Positions 19,516-29,778 of a stretch of DNA of 64,000 nt are shown piece after piece; within the stretch, counting starts at the first letter, position 1; each line of letters starts with the position of its first letter. The stretch is from Bacteroidota bacterium (GTDB taxonomy: Bacteria; Bacteroidota; Bacteroidia; Bacteroidales; JAAUTT01). The stretch is from positions 115,416 through 179,415 of the forward strand of contig JAEYWD010000062.1 of assembly GCA_023429135.1 (NCBI GenBank). Direction: 5' to 3'. Below the pieces are notes generated by a model. That model was not told where the DNA came from. It saw only the letters and a list, made by a program, of their open reading frames with translations, and ran no database searches. A program made the position numbers and the translations under genes.

Positions 19516-20676
19516 TTAATTCGTTTGAAGTTTCACCCGGGATGCAACAATGGTGGTCATAAGTCCCAAAACAGCAATCAGGGCAAACGACCATCTCAAA
19601 TTCGACATTTGTGAAATAAAACCAATAAGGGGTGGGCCAATAAGAAACCCTGCGAACCCTATGGAAGCTACCGTGGTTATGGCTACTCCGGGGTTCATAT
19701 CTTTTGAGCGTCCGGCCAGACTATAACATAACGGAACTACCGAGGAAGTTCCTAATCCCACAAGTAAGAAGCCTATAGTCGCGGTTACCATATAGGGGAA
19801 TATTACTGCGGTGAGTAATCCGGATGCTATTATGATTCCACTTACCTTCAGAATTTTCTGCACTCCGAACTTTGTTACGAGTCGGTCGGCGGTAAATCGC
19901 CCAGCCGACATCATAAACATAAAAACAATGTATCCGAGTCGCACCAGTTCTTTGGGAGGTTGAATGATGTTCTCAAAATATATGACGCTCCAGTCAAACA
20001 TAGTGCCTTCGCATATCATGCTTCCGAAAACAATCATGCCCAAAAAAACAATCTGACGGCTGGGTTTTAAAACCCTTCTTTTCTGCTTTTGCGGAGGATT
20101 GGCATCGCGGGGTAAAATCCAGTTGCGCATGGCAATCATCAACGAAAAAGTAATAGCATAAACTATGCAGAAATGGACAAATGGCGTAATATCCAGACTC
20201 ACCATGAATGTAGCAAAAACACCTCCTGCAAATCCCGCCAGGCTCCATACTCCGTGAAACGAAGCCATAATGCTCCGGCGGTAAAGTCGTTCCACACCTA
20301 CACCCTGTGTATTTACAGAAATTCCGCACATATTCCCGAACATACCCATGCAAAATAGTCCTGCTGCCAAGTGCCACGATTCTTTTGCTAAACCAAGCGT
20401 GATCACGGCCAAAGGATACACCAGAATTGCAAATTTCAGGATTTTTTTGCTGCTGTATTTGCTTACCAGATATCCCGAAAGTCCCATAGCTACAAGCTGA
20501 CCGATTGGTAATGAGAATAATAGTCCTCCAAGTTGAGCGTCGTTCAAATGGAGTGTTCTTTTAACGTCGGGGATACGGTTTGCCCAACTGGCAAAGGTAA
20601 ACCCCATGATAAAAAAGAAGGTGCTTACTGCGATCCTGTAATATTGCCGTGTGGGAAGTGATAAAGAAAAGCGCAT
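19516..20676 (-). CDS. MFS transporter
   Basis: 386 aa with about 12 hydrophobic helices and a central basic loop (PPQKQKRRVLKPSR). Confidence 0.7.
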   Translation of the reverse strand: MRFSLSLPTRQYYRIAVSTFFFIMGFTFASWANRIPDVKRTLHLNDAQLGGLLFSLPIGQLVAMGLSGYLVSKYSSKKILKFAILVYPLAVITLGLAKESWHLAAGLFCMGMFGNMCGISVNTQGVGVERLYRRSIMASFHGVWSLAGFAGGVFATFMVSLDITPFVHFCIVYAITFSLMIAMRNWILPRDANPPQKQKRRVLKPSRQIVFLGMIVFGSMICEGTMFDWSVIYFENIIQPPKELVRLGYIVFMFMMSAGRFTADRLVTKFGVQKILKVSGIIIASGLLTAVIFPYMVTATIGFLLVGLGTSSVVPLCYSLAGRSKDMNPGVAITTVASIGFAGFLIGPPLIGFISQMSNLRWSFALIAVLGLMTTIVASRVKLQTN

Positions 20677-20779
20677 TCGAAGTTCAGCTCTGATAAGTTT
20701 ACAAATTTAGTGAAGTAAAATTTCAATGTCGATATGCACTGCGTTTTTGTTTTATTTATTTTAGTCTCAAACATCTTTT

Positions 20780-21361
20780 ATGAAGAAAATTGTTACCACG
20801 TATTATCTGGAGATGAACGCTCCTCACGAATTCAAGCCTTCGGAAGGTTATAAGGAGTTGCTTGAACTGAAACCCATTTCTATGGATCTTTTTCAGCATT
20901 GGATGCTTTTTGTTGGTGTTGGTTTGCCCTGGCGGTGGTACAGTCGGTTAAAATGGACTCCTGCCGATTGGGACGAATATCTCAGCAAAAATAATATCTC
21001 GACTTATCTGGCATTTGGTAAAACGAGTCTGGTGGGGTATTTCGAACTGTTTTCAGGAGAAAATAATGCTGTTGAAATAAGGTTTTTCGGACTTTTTCCG
21101 TCCAGTATCGGAAAGGGATTCGGAGGGGCTCTATTATCTCATGCACTTGATATGGCCTGGAGCTCGGGTGCGGAAAAGGTTTGGCTGCATACATGTACAA
21201 GCGACCACGAAGCAGCGTTATCAAACTACATGGCACGTGGATTTAAACTGGTGAAGGAAACCGTGGAAGAGGAGGATATACCGGATAAGGAGGAATATCT
21301 CGAACTGGTAAACACTTTTATGAGCAGTTATATAGACACCCAGAAAAACTTCCTGAAGTAG
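20780..21361 (+). CDS. GNAT-family N-acetyltransferase
   Basis: 193 aa. PSSIGKGFGGALLSHAL is an acetyl-CoA binding motif A-like segment. Confidence 0.7.
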   Translation: MKKIVTTYYLEMNAPHEFKPSEGYKELLELKPISMDLFQHWMLFVGVGLPWRWYSRLKWTPADWDEYLSKNNISTYLAFGKTSLVGYFELFSGENNAVEIRFFGLFPSSIGKGFGGALLSHALDMAWSSGAEKVWLHTCTSDHEAALSNYMARGFKLVKETVEEEDIPDKEEYLELVNTFMSSYIDTQKNFLK

Positions 21362-21444
21362 AATTAACTGGTTATCAAACACAATTTACAGCTAAACTTT
21401 GGTTGGTCAGCATTGTTTATAATGCCATACAAAAATTATAAACA

Positions 21445-22548
21445 ATGGAAAATTCTAACATATTCTTAAGTTATACATTGGGCGATATAACCTTAAAAAA
21501 CCGCATTGTAATGGCGCCTATGACACGTTCACGTGCAATAGGAAACATCCCCGCCGATATAGCCGTCGATTATTATTCCCAACGGGCCGAAGCAGGCTTA
21601 ATAATTACCGAAGGTACTTCTCCGTCGCCCAACGGATTGGGTTATGCGCGAATTCCAGGTATGTTCAGCGACGATCAGGTAAACGCCTGGCGAAAAGTAA
21701 CTGATGCTGTTCACCAAAAAGGAGGTAGGATTTTTGTACAATTGATGCATACCGGACGAATTTCCCATGAACATAATTTACCATCAGGTGCAGTAATTCT
21801 GGCACCATCGGCAGTGAAGCCCAAAGGGAAAATGTTTACTGATGTTGCTGGTTTGCAGGAATTTCCTGTTCCTAATACCATGTCGTCCGAAGATCTTGCT
21901 AATACGCAGCATGAATTTGTTTATTCTGCAAAACGTGCTATTGAGGCCGGGTTTGATGGGGTGGAGTTGCATGGGGCTAATGGTTATCTGCTGGAGCAGT
22001 TTTTGTCGCCTTTCAGTAATCAGCGTACCGATAATTATGGAGGAAGTATTGAAAACAGATGTCGGTTTGTTTTGGAAGTGGTGGAGAAAATAGGTATGGC
22101 AATAGGGAAGGAGCGATTGGGGATCCGGCTTTCGCCTTATGGTGTTGCCAGTGATATGCCGCATTATCCCGAAATTGAACAGGAATACACTTATCTTGCC
22201 GAAAGACTGAATGAATTACAGATTGCTTATGTGCATCTGGTGGATCATAGCAGCATGGGCGCCCCTGAAGTGCCGGTGAGCATTAAAAGAATGTTCCGGC
22301 AAAAATTTAGAAACACTCTGATTTTATCGGGAGGTTATACCAAAGAGAGAGCGGAACAGGATCTTGCAGAGGAAAATGCCGATCTTATTTCGTTTGCGAA
22401 GCTTTTTATTAATAATCCCGATCTGGTGCAACGTTTCCGTAACGACTGGCCTCTGGCGGATAATCTCGATTCTTCAACATTTTACACTCCTGGCGCAAAG
22501 GGTTATTCGGATTATCCAAGGTATAAGGTCGAAAATGTGGAAGCTTGA
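21445..22548 (+). CDS. Old Yellow Enzyme family alkene reductase / NADH:flavin oxidoreductase
   Basis: 367 aa. NRIVMAPMTRSRA..., GFDGVELHGANGYLLEQFLSP..., NQRTDNYGGSIENRCRF are classic OYE motifs. Confidence 0.9.
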   Translation: MENSNIFLSYTLGDITLKNRIVMAPMTRSRAIGNIPADIAVDYYSQRAEAGLIITEGTSPSPNGLGYARIPGMFSDDQVNAWRKVTDAVHQKGGRIFVQLMHTGRISHEHNLPSGAVILAPSAVKPKGKMFTDVAGLQEFPVPNTMSSEDLANTQHEFVYSAKRAIEAGFDGVELHGANGYLLEQFLSPFSNQRTDNYGGSIENRCRFVLEVVEKIGMAIGKERLGIRLSPYGVASDMPHYPEIEQEYTYLAERLNELQIAYVHLVDHSSMGAPEVPVSIKRMFRQKFRNTLILSGGYTKERAEQDLAEENADLISFAKLFINNPDLVQRFRNDWPLADNLDSSTFYTPGAKGYSDYPRYKVENVEA

Positions 22549-22570
22549 AAAGGACATTGCTTATAAGCTG

Positions 22571-22618
22571 GCACGTTTGTAACGCGTGCACAAAAATTAG
22601 CACGCTTTACAAACGTGC
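22571..22618. other. Long near-perfect hairpin (12 bp, one mismatch, then 6 bp, 10-nt loop) with no T-tract
   Basis: GCACGTTTGTAA-C-GCGTGC acaaaaatta GCACGC-T-TTACAAACGTGC, read directly 23 nt after the OYE stop. Confidence 0.6.
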
Positions 22619-22803
22619 TCAAGCGCCTTATCTACATCAAATTTGTGAATTATAGAGATACATTTCTGATGTAAACCTTATATTATTAAACAGCTTTATT
22701 AATGCTGCAAACTGAGAAAAATCAATTTTAATCTTTCAGGGAAAATGTACTTTTCATGCTTTAAAGATCAATCATTTACAGTTATCTTATAAAACGAAAA
22801 TCT

Positions 22804-24015
22804 ATGAAATCAGAAACTTACATTGCTAAAGAAGAAAAGTACGGTGCTCATAATTATCATCCCCTACCGGTAGTATTGGAGCGGGGCGAAGGTGTTTTTG
22901 TGTGGGATGTGGACGGTAAACGTTATTTCGATTTTCTGTCGGCCTATTCGGCAGTAAACCAGGGTCATTGCCATCCACGTATTATCAATGCTATGATCGA
23001 GCAGGCAAAAAAACTTACGCTTACTTCCCGGGCTTTTTATAACAATGTGTTGGGCGATTTCGAAGAGTTTATTTCCAAATTACTGAAGTACGACCGTGCC
23101 CTTCCCATGAATAGCGGTGCCGAGGCCGACGAAACCGCGCTTAAACTTTGTCGCAAATGGGCTTACCTCAAAAAAGGAATTCCCGAAAATCAGGCTAAAA
23201 TCATTGTTTGCGAAGGTAACTTCCATGGCCGCACCATCACCATTGTTTCCATGAGCAACGATCCCGATTCTTATAAGGATTTTGGTCCGTTTACCCCCGG
23301 TTTCGAAAAAATTCCCTACAACAATATTCCGGCCCTGGAAAAAGCACTGGCCGATCCCAATGTTGCAGGTTTTCTGGTGGAACCTATTCAGGGGGAAGCG
23401 GGTGTGTTTGTTCCCGACGAGGGTTATCTGAAAAAGGCTTACGATTTATGTAAGTCGAAAAATGTACTTTTTATTGCCGACGAAGTTCAGACGGGTTTAT
23501 GCCGTACCGGTAAAATGCTGGCGTGCGACCACGAAGGTGTACGCCCTGATATTCTTGTGCTTGGTAAAGCGCTTTCGGGTGGTGCCATGCCGGTAAGTGC
23601 CGTATTGGCCGACGATGAGATTATGCTTACCATCAAACCAGGTGAACATGGGTCTACTTTTGGCGGTAACCCGCTTGCATGTCGCGTTGCAATTGAGGCG
23701 CTGAAGGTGCTGGTTGACGAAAAACTTGCAGAAAATGCGACTCGTTTAGGAGAAATTTTCCGTGCCGAAGTGAGCAAAATTAAATCGGGTATGATAGAAA
23801 TAGTGCGTGGTAAAGGTTTGCTAAATGCCATTGTGATTAAACCTAAAAATGGTAAAACAGCCTGGGATGTATGCGTTAAAATGAAGGAAAATGGTTTACT
23901 CGCCAAACCCACTCATGAGCATATCATCCGGTTTGCTCCTCCACTGGTGATTAATGAACAGCAAATTCACGAAGCTGTTGATATTATTAAAAAGTCCCTT
24001 GCTTCGTTTGAATAG
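22804..24015 (+). CDS. rocD: Ornithine aminotransferase (ornithine--oxo-acid transaminase)
   Basis: 403 aa. [47 protein letters not shown] and [12 protein letters not shown] are typical of OAT. Confidence 0.9.
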   Translation: MKSETYIAKEEKYGAHNYHPLPVVLERGEGVFVWDVDGKRYFDFLSAYSAVNQGHCHPRIINAMIEQAKKLTLTSRAFYNNVLGDFEEFISKLLKYDRALPMNSGAEADETALKLCRKWAYLKKGIPENQAKIIVCEGNFHGRTITIVSMSNDPDSYKDFGPFTPGFEKIPYNNIPALEKALADPNVAGFLVEPIQGEAGVFVPDEGYLKKAYDLCKSKNVLFIADEVQTGLCRTGKMLACDHEGVRPDILVLGKALSGGAMPVSAVLADDEIMLTIKPGEHGSTFGGNPLACRVAIEALKVLVDEKLAENATRLGEIFRAEVSKIKSGMIEIVRGKGLLNAIVIKPKNGKTAWDVCVKMKENGLLAKPTHEHIIRFAPPLVINEQQIHEAVDIIKKSLASFE

Positions 24016-24031
24016 AAATAATGCAATATTT

Positions 24032-24068
24032 GTCCGGTGAGATTTTGATCTTTCACCGGACTTTTTTG
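24032..24068 (+). terminator. Intrinsic terminator after rocD
   Basis: Stem GTCCGGTGA/TCACCGGAC followed by TTTTTTG. Confidence 0.8.
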
Positions 24069-24092
24069 TTTAAAATAATCAATTATTATTAT

Positions 24093-26129
24093 ATGTATAA
24101 CAAATTAATAAACAAAGGATTAATTTTTGGAATGATGGTAAGTTGTTTTGCTGCCTGCAAAAGCGATAAACCGGCTCCTGCAATCAATTTGAGCGATTTG
24201 GATGTTGCCGTGAAGCCTCAGGACGATTTTTACCGCTACGCCAATGGTGGTTGGATGAAGACTAATCCGCTCACGGAAGAGTTTTCAAGGTATGGTTCTT
24301 TCGATAAACTGAGAGAGGATAACGACAAAATGCTTCACACCCTGGTGGAAGAGCTGGCGAATGGTCAGGGCGAAAGCGGTCCTATTGCACGTAAAATTGG
24401 CGATTTCTTTGCATCGGGGATGGATACTGCTTTAATTGAGAAGGAAGGTATTAAACCGTTACAGCCTTATTTCGACCGTATTAACGAGCTAAAATCTTCT
24501 GCTGAAGTTCAGAAAATGATTGCCGAATTTCACAAGATGGGAATTGGGTCGTTGTTTAGCTTTTTCGGCGATATCGACAGTAAAAACAGTGAAATGGTGA
24601 TCGGAACCTTCTATCAGGGTGGTTTGGGGCTAACCGACAGGGATTACTATGTCAGCAATGAAAAACGTGCCGTTGAAATTCGTACCGAATATGTAAATCA
24701 TATGCAGCGTATGTTTCAGCTATTGGGTAATTCTAATGAGGTTTCTGTCGCAAAAGCCGGAAGAATTATGAAACTGGAGACTCAGCTCGCTTCTTCATCG
24801 TTTACCCGCCTGGAGCAGCGCGATCCTGAAAAGAATTACAACAAAAAACCTCTTCCGGAGGTTAAAAAGCTTTTGTCTTCGTTCGATCTCGACAGTTATT
24901 TCGGGAGCATTGGCTTGTCAAATCCCGGTGATCTGAACGTTGCTCAGGTAAAATTCTTTACCGATCTCAATCTGCTTTTTCCCAAAGTGGATATGGAAAC
25001 CTGGAAGGATTACCTTACCTGGAATTTAATTCATGGTACAGCCCGCTATCTTAATGCTGATTTTACCAATGAAAATTTTGCCTTTTATGGGAAGTTTTTA
25101 TCGGGTCAGCCGAAGGACAAAGCCCGCTGGAAAAGAGTGCTTGCAGCCACCGATAATACAATTGGAGAAGCTTTGGGTCAGATGTTCGTGAAAAAATATT
25201 TTCCACCTGAAGCCAAAGAACGTATGCTGAAATTGGTTGAAAATCTGAGAGAAAGTCTGGCCGACCGTATTAATAATCTCGATTGGATGGGCGATTCGAC
25301 AAAACAAAAGGCTTTGGAAAAACTTGCAGCTATTCGGGTAAAAATCGGTTATCCTGATAAATGGAGGGATTTCGGTGGTCTCAATATTGAACGCAGGGCC
25401 TATGTTTTAAATGTTCTGGAAGGATCGAAGTTCGAAACTGAATATCAGTTGAAAAAGATTGGTAAACCTGTGGATAAGGACGAGTGGTTTATGACCCCGC
25501 AAACTGTAAATGCATATTATAGTCCGAATATGAACGAAATCTGCTTCCCTGCCGGTATTCTCCAGCCTCCATTCTTCTTTATGAATGCCGACGATGCCGT
25601 GAATTACGGTGCTATTGGCGTGGTTATAGGACACGAAATAACTCATGGATTCGACGATCAGGGTCGTTTGTTCGATAAAGCCGGTAATCTCACGAACTGG
25701 TGGACTGCTGAAGATACCAAACGTTTTAACGAACGGTCAGAAGTACTGGTAAATCAGTTTAATGGTTTCACAGTGCTCGATTCAGTAAAGGCCGACGGTA
25801 AACTGACACTTGGCGAAAATATTGCTGACCTGGGCGGTTTGAATATCTCGTACTATGCTTTGCAGAAATCTCTGAAAGAAAATCCTGCAAAAGAAAAAAT
25901 TGATGATTTTACTCCTGAACAACGGTTTTTCCTGGCGTATGCCCATGTATGGGGACAGAATATCCGCAATGAGGAAATTCTGCGTCGTACCAAGGAAGAC
26001 GTACATTCTTTGGGTGAATTCCGTGTAAATGGACCTCTCCCTAATTTGCCTGAGTTTCACGCTGCTTTTGATGTGAAAGAAGGTGATAAGATGTATTTGC
26101 CTCAGGATAAAAGAGCGGTAATTTGGTAA
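24093..26129 (+). CDS. M13-family zinc metallopeptidase (PepO / endothelin-converting-enzyme-like) lipoprotein
   Basis: HEITHGFD zinc motif and ENIADLGG. Lipobox VSCFAAC. ATG 24093 is preferred because the track start at 24021 would read through the rocD terminator. Confidence 0.9.
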   Translation: MYNKLINKGLIFGMMVSCFAACKSDKPAPAINLSDLDVAVKPQDDFYRYANGGWMKTNPLTEEFSRYGSFDKLREDNDKMLHTLVEELANGQGESGPIARKIGDFFASGMDTALIEKEGIKPLQPYFDRINELKSSAEVQKMIAEFHKMGIGSLFSFFGDIDSKNSEMVIGTFYQGGLGLTDRDYYVSNEKRAVEIRTEYVNHMQRMFQLLGNSNEVSVAKAGRIMKLETQLASSSFTRLEQRDPEKNYNKKPLPEVKKLLSSFDLDSYFGSIGLSNPGDLNVAQVKFFTDLNLLFPKVDMETWKDYLTWNLIHGTARYLNADFTNENFAFYGKFLSGQPKDKARWKRVLAATDNTIGEALGQMFVKKYFPPEAKERMLKLVENLRESLADRINNLDWMGDSTKQKALEKLAAIRVKIGYPDKWRDFGGLNIERRAYVLNVLEGSKFETEYQLKKIGKPVDKDEWFMTPQTVNAYYSPNMNEICFPAGILQPPFFFMNADDAVNYGAIGVVIGHEITHGFDDQGRLFDKAGNLTNWWTAEDTKRFNERSEVLVNQFNGFTVLDSVKADGKLTLGENIADLGGLNISYYALQKSLKENPAKEKIDDFTPEQRFFLAYAHVWGQNIRNEEILRRTKEDVHSLGEFRVNGPLPNLPEFHAAFDVKEGDKMYLPQDKRAVIW

Positions 26130-26252
26130 TGAATAGGGTATAGGGTTTAGGGGTTTAGGCTTTTGAAAACATAAATAAACAAATGGATAGTTTAAATATG
26201 TTTTCTTTGTACTAAATTCCTAAGCACCTAATTATTAAACACCTAAAACAAT

Positions 26253-26828
26253 ATGGAAACAAATTCATGTCAATGGCCGGGCGAACACAGTCTGGCCATT
26301 TTATATCACGATAACGAGTGGGGCGTTCCGGTTCACGACGATCGCAAACATTTCGAATTTCTGGTACTCGATGCTTTTCAAGCGGGATTGAGCTGGAATA
26401 CCATTCTGAACAAACGCGAAAACTTCCGTGCAGCCTTTGATGATTTCGACTATGAAAAAATTGCTGGTTACGATCAGACCAAGGTGAACGAGCTCATGAA
26501 CAATGCTGGAATTATTCGTAATAAAGCTAAAATTCTGGCTACCATCTCCAATGCAAAAGCTTTTATGGAAGTTCAAAAGGAATATGGTTCATTCGATAAG
26601 TTTATCTGGAGTTTTGTGAATGGTAAACCTGTTTTGAACCAGCATCAATCCTTAAAAAGTGCTCCCGCCCGCACTGAAGTGTCCGATGCAATGAGTAAAG
26701 CTTTGATTAAAAAAGGATTCAAGTTTGTAGGCTCCACCATTTGTTATGCATACATGCAGGCAGCGGGTCTGGTAAACGATCATCTGGTTACCTGTAACCG
26801 CTATCATGAGGTCCAGAAATTCTATTAA
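26253..26828 (+). CDS. tag: DNA-3-methyladenine glycosylase I
   Basis: 191 aa. YHDNEWGVPVHDDRKHFEFLVLDAFQAGLSWNTILNKRENFR matches Tag closely. Confidence 0.9.
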   Translation: METNSCQWPGEHSLAILYHDNEWGVPVHDDRKHFEFLVLDAFQAGLSWNTILNKRENFRAAFDDFDYEKIAGYDQTKVNELMNNAGIIRNKAKILATISNAKAFMEVQKEYGSFDKFIWSFVNGKPVLNQHQSLKSAPARTEVSDAMSKALIKKGFKFVGSTICYAYMQAAGLVNDHLVTCNRYHEVQKFY

Positions 26829-26850
26829 TTTTGCTTCTTTTCGGAAAACG

Positions 26851-27075
26851 ATGAACAATATTGGAAAATTAATTATAATTGTTGGAGTACTCTTTGTTAT
26901 TGTAGGCGTGGTAATCTACTACTGGGGTGATAAGTTCTCCTGGTTGGGCCGATTACCTGGCGATATCAGGATCGAAAAAGAGAACTTCCGTTTTTATTTT
27001 CCCCTTACAACAATGATTATAATTAGCGTTTTAGTGAGTCTGGTGATCCGACTCTTTCAAAAATTCTTTAATTAG
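26851..27075 (+). CDS. DUF2905-family small membrane protein
   Basis: LGRLPGDIRIEKENFRFYFPLTT motif. ATG 26851 avoids overlap with tag (the track start is 26806). Confidence 0.7.
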   Translation: MNNIGKLIIIVGVLFVIVGVVIYYWGDKFSWLGRLPGDIRIEKENFRFYFPLTTMIIISVLVSLVIRLFQKFFN

Positions 27076-27081
27076 CATAGA

Positions 27082-28017
27082 ATGAATATCGTATTTCTGG
27101 ATGCCAAAACAATGGGAGAGGTGCCTAACCTGAAAAACCTGGAGAAACTGGGGAATTACACATCATATCCCACCACCTTACCCCAGCAACGTAAAGAACG
27201 CATTAAGGCTGCAAATATCATCATTATTTGTAAAGTGATCATTGATAAGGAGATGATTGATTTTTGCCCGAATTTAAAGCTTATTTGTGTGGCAGCAACC
27301 GGAATGAATAATGTTGATGTAGAATATGCCCAATCAAAAGGTATTATCGTTAAAAATGTAGCCGGATATTCTACCGAGAGTGTCGCTCAGTTAACCGTAT
27401 CTATGGCGCTGGCATTGGTGAACCGCATCGGCTATTACGATCACTTTGTAAAGATTGGGGAATATTCCCGAAGTGATATGTTTACACATTATGGTCCTAG
27501 CTTTTTTGAATTGAAAGGAAAGAATTTGGGTATCATTGGTTTAGGAAATATTGGTTCAAGAGTTGCCGAGATTTTCTCCGCATTTAAGATGAATATCTTC
27601 TATCATTCAGTTTCTGGTAAAAATATTTCAGAAAAGTATAAACACTTAGTATTAAATAAATTACTTTCCGTATCCGATATAATCACTGTAAATTGTCCCC
27701 TCACTTCCTTAACTAAGGATCTGATTAATAAAGAAAATATTTCTTTAATGAAACCAGGAGCTATTCTGATCAATGTAGCCCGGGGTGGAATCGTAAATGA
27801 AACAGATATTGTTGAAGCTTTAAATAACAACGTGATTGGTGCATTTGGAACAGATGTTTTCGAGAAGGAGCCAATGGCTGCTGATAACCCCTTTTTGAAG
27901 CTTAAATGCTATGATAACGTGATTTTTACACCACACATAGCGTGGACAAGTGTTGAGGCGCGAACTATGTTGATTGAAAAACTGGAATATAACATAAAAA
28001 CCTTCTTATCTGAGTAA
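27082..28017 (+). CDS. D-isomer-specific 2-hydroxyacid dehydrogenase (glycerate dehydrogenase-like)
   Basis: 311 aa. NAD-binding GIIGLGNIGSRVA, then LINVARGGIV and TPHIAWTS. Confidence 0.85.
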   Translation: MNIVFLDAKTMGEVPNLKNLEKLGNYTSYPTTLPQQRKERIKAANIIIICKVIIDKEMIDFCPNLKLICVAATGMNNVDVEYAQSKGIIVKNVAGYSTESVAQLTVSMALALVNRIGYYDHFVKIGEYSRSDMFTHYGPSFFELKGKNLGIIGLGNIGSRVAEIFSAFKMNIFYHSVSGKNISEKYKHLVLNKLLSVSDIITVNCPLTSLTKDLINKENISLMKPGAILINVARGGIVNETDIVEALNNNVIGAFGTDVFEKEPMAADNPFLKLKCYDNVIFTPHIAWTSVEARTMLIEKLEYNIKTFLSE

Positions 28018-28076
28018 TTTTAAGTTGGATTTCTTTCGCGAAAGTCTTTATTTTGCAGCCATTCAAATATTAGATT

Positions 28077-28445
28077 ATGCGCGGTTTTTATGCAATTCTC
28101 TTTCTGGTTGTTTCTAATGTTTTTATGACATTTGCCTGGTATGGACATCTCAAATTCAAAGAGTGGACCTGGTTTAAACCAACAGGACTGTTTACCATTA
28201 TTTTATTGAGCTGGGGGATGGCTTTTTTTGAATACTGTTTTCAGGTTCCTGCTAACCGCATTGGATTTAAAGGAAACGGGGGACCATTCTCTCTGGTTGA
28301 ATTAAAAGTGATTCAGGAGGTCATAACGCTCACGATTTTCACATTCTTCTCACTCATTTTTTTCAAGAACGAAACTTTCAAATGGAATCATTTTGTTGGC
28401 TTTGTGTTTCTTATACTGGCGGTATATTTTATTTTCAAAAAGTAA
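28077..28445 (+). CDS. DMT-superfamily small membrane protein (DUF486)
   Basis: 122 aa with 4 TM helices. The N-terminus ...VSNVFMTFAWYGHLKF is typical of DUF486. Confidence 0.7.
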   Translation: MRGFYAILFLVVSNVFMTFAWYGHLKFKEWTWFKPTGLFTIILLSWGMAFFEYCFQVPANRIGFKGNGGPFSLVELKVIQEVITLTIFTFFSLIFFKNETFKWNHFVGFVFLILAVYFIFKK

Positions 28446-28563
28446 CGAAGCTTTCTTGTTTTTAGTATATTGCAACCATATTATTTTTAATATTTTTAAG
28501 GAGAATTGGTTATTTAGCATTAACATTATTAGGAAAAAAAGTGTTTATTATTTGTAATGATCT

Positions 28564-28944
28564 ATGATGAATAGCTGGGAAAATAAGAAGATTTTGATTG
28601 CTGAGGATGAGGAGACTAATTACTTATTTATTGAAGCAATTCTTGAGGATACTAAAGCTGAATTACTTTGGGCAAAGAATGGTTGTGATGCAGTCGAAAT
28701 TTTTAATAAACAAAATGATATCGACTTGATTTTAATGGATATTAAAATGCCCGAAATGGATGGCATTACAGCTACCAGGCAGATACGTCAGAAAAATTCT
28801 ACTATTCCAATTATTGCTCAAACAGCATACGCCATGTCGGAAGATAAAACAAAATGTTTAAATGCCGGATGCGACGATTACCTGACAAAACCAATAAATC
28901 ATAAGGTTTTGCTGGCCACAATAGAAAAATATCTCACAAGATAA
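28564..28944 (+). CDS. Stand-alone response-regulator receiver domain (CheY-like)
   Basis: 126 aa. KILIAEDEE..., DLILMDIKMPEMDG, DDYLTKP. No output domain and no adjacent kinase. Confidence 0.85.
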   Translation: MMNSWENKKILIAEDEETNYLFIEAILEDTKAELLWAKNGCDAVEIFNKQNDIDLILMDIKMPEMDGITATRQIRQKNSTIPIIAQTAYAMSEDKTKCLNAGCDDYLTKPINHKVLLATIEKYLTR

Positions 28945-28950
28945 AATAAA

Positions 28951-28975
28951 AAAAGCCACGTTCCCGTGGCTTTTT
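28951..28975. terminator. Bidirectional intrinsic terminator between the response regulator and slyD
   Basis: AAAAAGCCACG ttcc CGTGGCTTTTT, flanked by A and T runs. Confidence 0.8.
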
Positions 28976-28994
28976 ATTTTATATCTTAGATGTT

Positions 28995-29567
28995 TTAGTT
29001 GTTACAACTTCCTTTATCGTCGCAACCGCAGCCATTGTTATCATGACCGTCTCCACAGCCACAACCACCGCAACCACCTGAGTTATGTATATGTCCATGG
29101 CTCAGTTCTTCTTCAGTAGCTTCGCGAACTCCAACAACTTTACCTGCAAAAAATAAATCTTCATCAGCAAGCGGATGATTAAAATCCATTTTTACTGAAT
29201 TATCGGATACATTTACAACAATACCATTCAAACGATTTCCGTCGCCATCCATCATAGGAATTGCATTGCCTTCTTTCACCATTTCAGCATCAAACTTACC
29301 GTCAACCATAAAAACGTCTTTAGGAACATCCACAATGGCTTCATCTGATGCAATCCCGTATGCATCTTCACTTTTCAACATAAAATCGAAGGAATCGCCA
29401 ATTTTTAAACCACTAATGTTCGATTCAAATTTCGGAAGGAGATTACCTACACCGTATATAAAAGTCAAAGGATTAGAGTCATTAAGTTTCTCAACTATTT
29501 CACCCTCTTTTCCGTCGACACGTAATTCGTAAACAAGCGATACAACTTTGTTTTTTGCTATTTCCAT
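28995..29567 (-). CDS. slyD: FKBP-type peptidyl-prolyl isomerase SlyD with a Cys/Gly/His-rich metal-binding tail
   Basis: 190 aa. The FKBP plus IF-domain pattern (VVSLVYELRVDG..., FNHPLA) is followed by the tail HGHIHNSGGCGGCGCGDGHDNNGCGCDDKGSC. Confidence 0.85.
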   Translation of the reverse strand: MEIAKNKVVSLVYELRVDGKEGEIVEKLNDSNPLTFIYGVGNLLPKFESNISGLKIGDSFDFMLKSEDAYGIASDEAIVDVPKDVFMVDGKFDAEMVKEGNAIPMMDGDGNRLNGIVVNVSDNSVKMDFNHPLADEDLFFAGKVVGVREATEEELSHGHIHNSGGCGGCGCGDGHDNNGCGCDDKGSCNN

Positions 29568-29778
29568 TTTATAAATATTTTTTAAAAGTACAAAGAAAGC
29601 TGTTTCTTACGAGGCAGCCAAATTATTTAGTTTTAAATATTTTTTAAATAAAACACCACGATGGTAAATTTTGTTCAATGGTCAAAAAATCTTAAAAACC
29701 GCTTGGTGAAACCTTTTTAAGGATTAATTGTTTGCAATATTAGTTATGATGTTTCACTAATCCTTATTAATTATTTAT

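Noticed and set aside
24021-24092. N-terminal extension of the M13 peptidase ORF (track start 24021). Similar extended starts occur at TTG 37019, TTG 6236, 26806, TTG 43652 and TTG 9834.
   Set aside because: The 24021 extension would be translated through the rocD terminator hairpin. In every case an internal ATG gives a sensible N-terminus (a lipobox or signal peptide, or no overlap with the upstream gene).
26134-26160. TTTAGGG-type (plant-telomere-like) repeat as a sign of eukaryotic contamination or a linear replicon end.
   Set aside because: There are only three or four degenerate units, and they are embedded between two ordinary bacterial genes on a continuous sequence.
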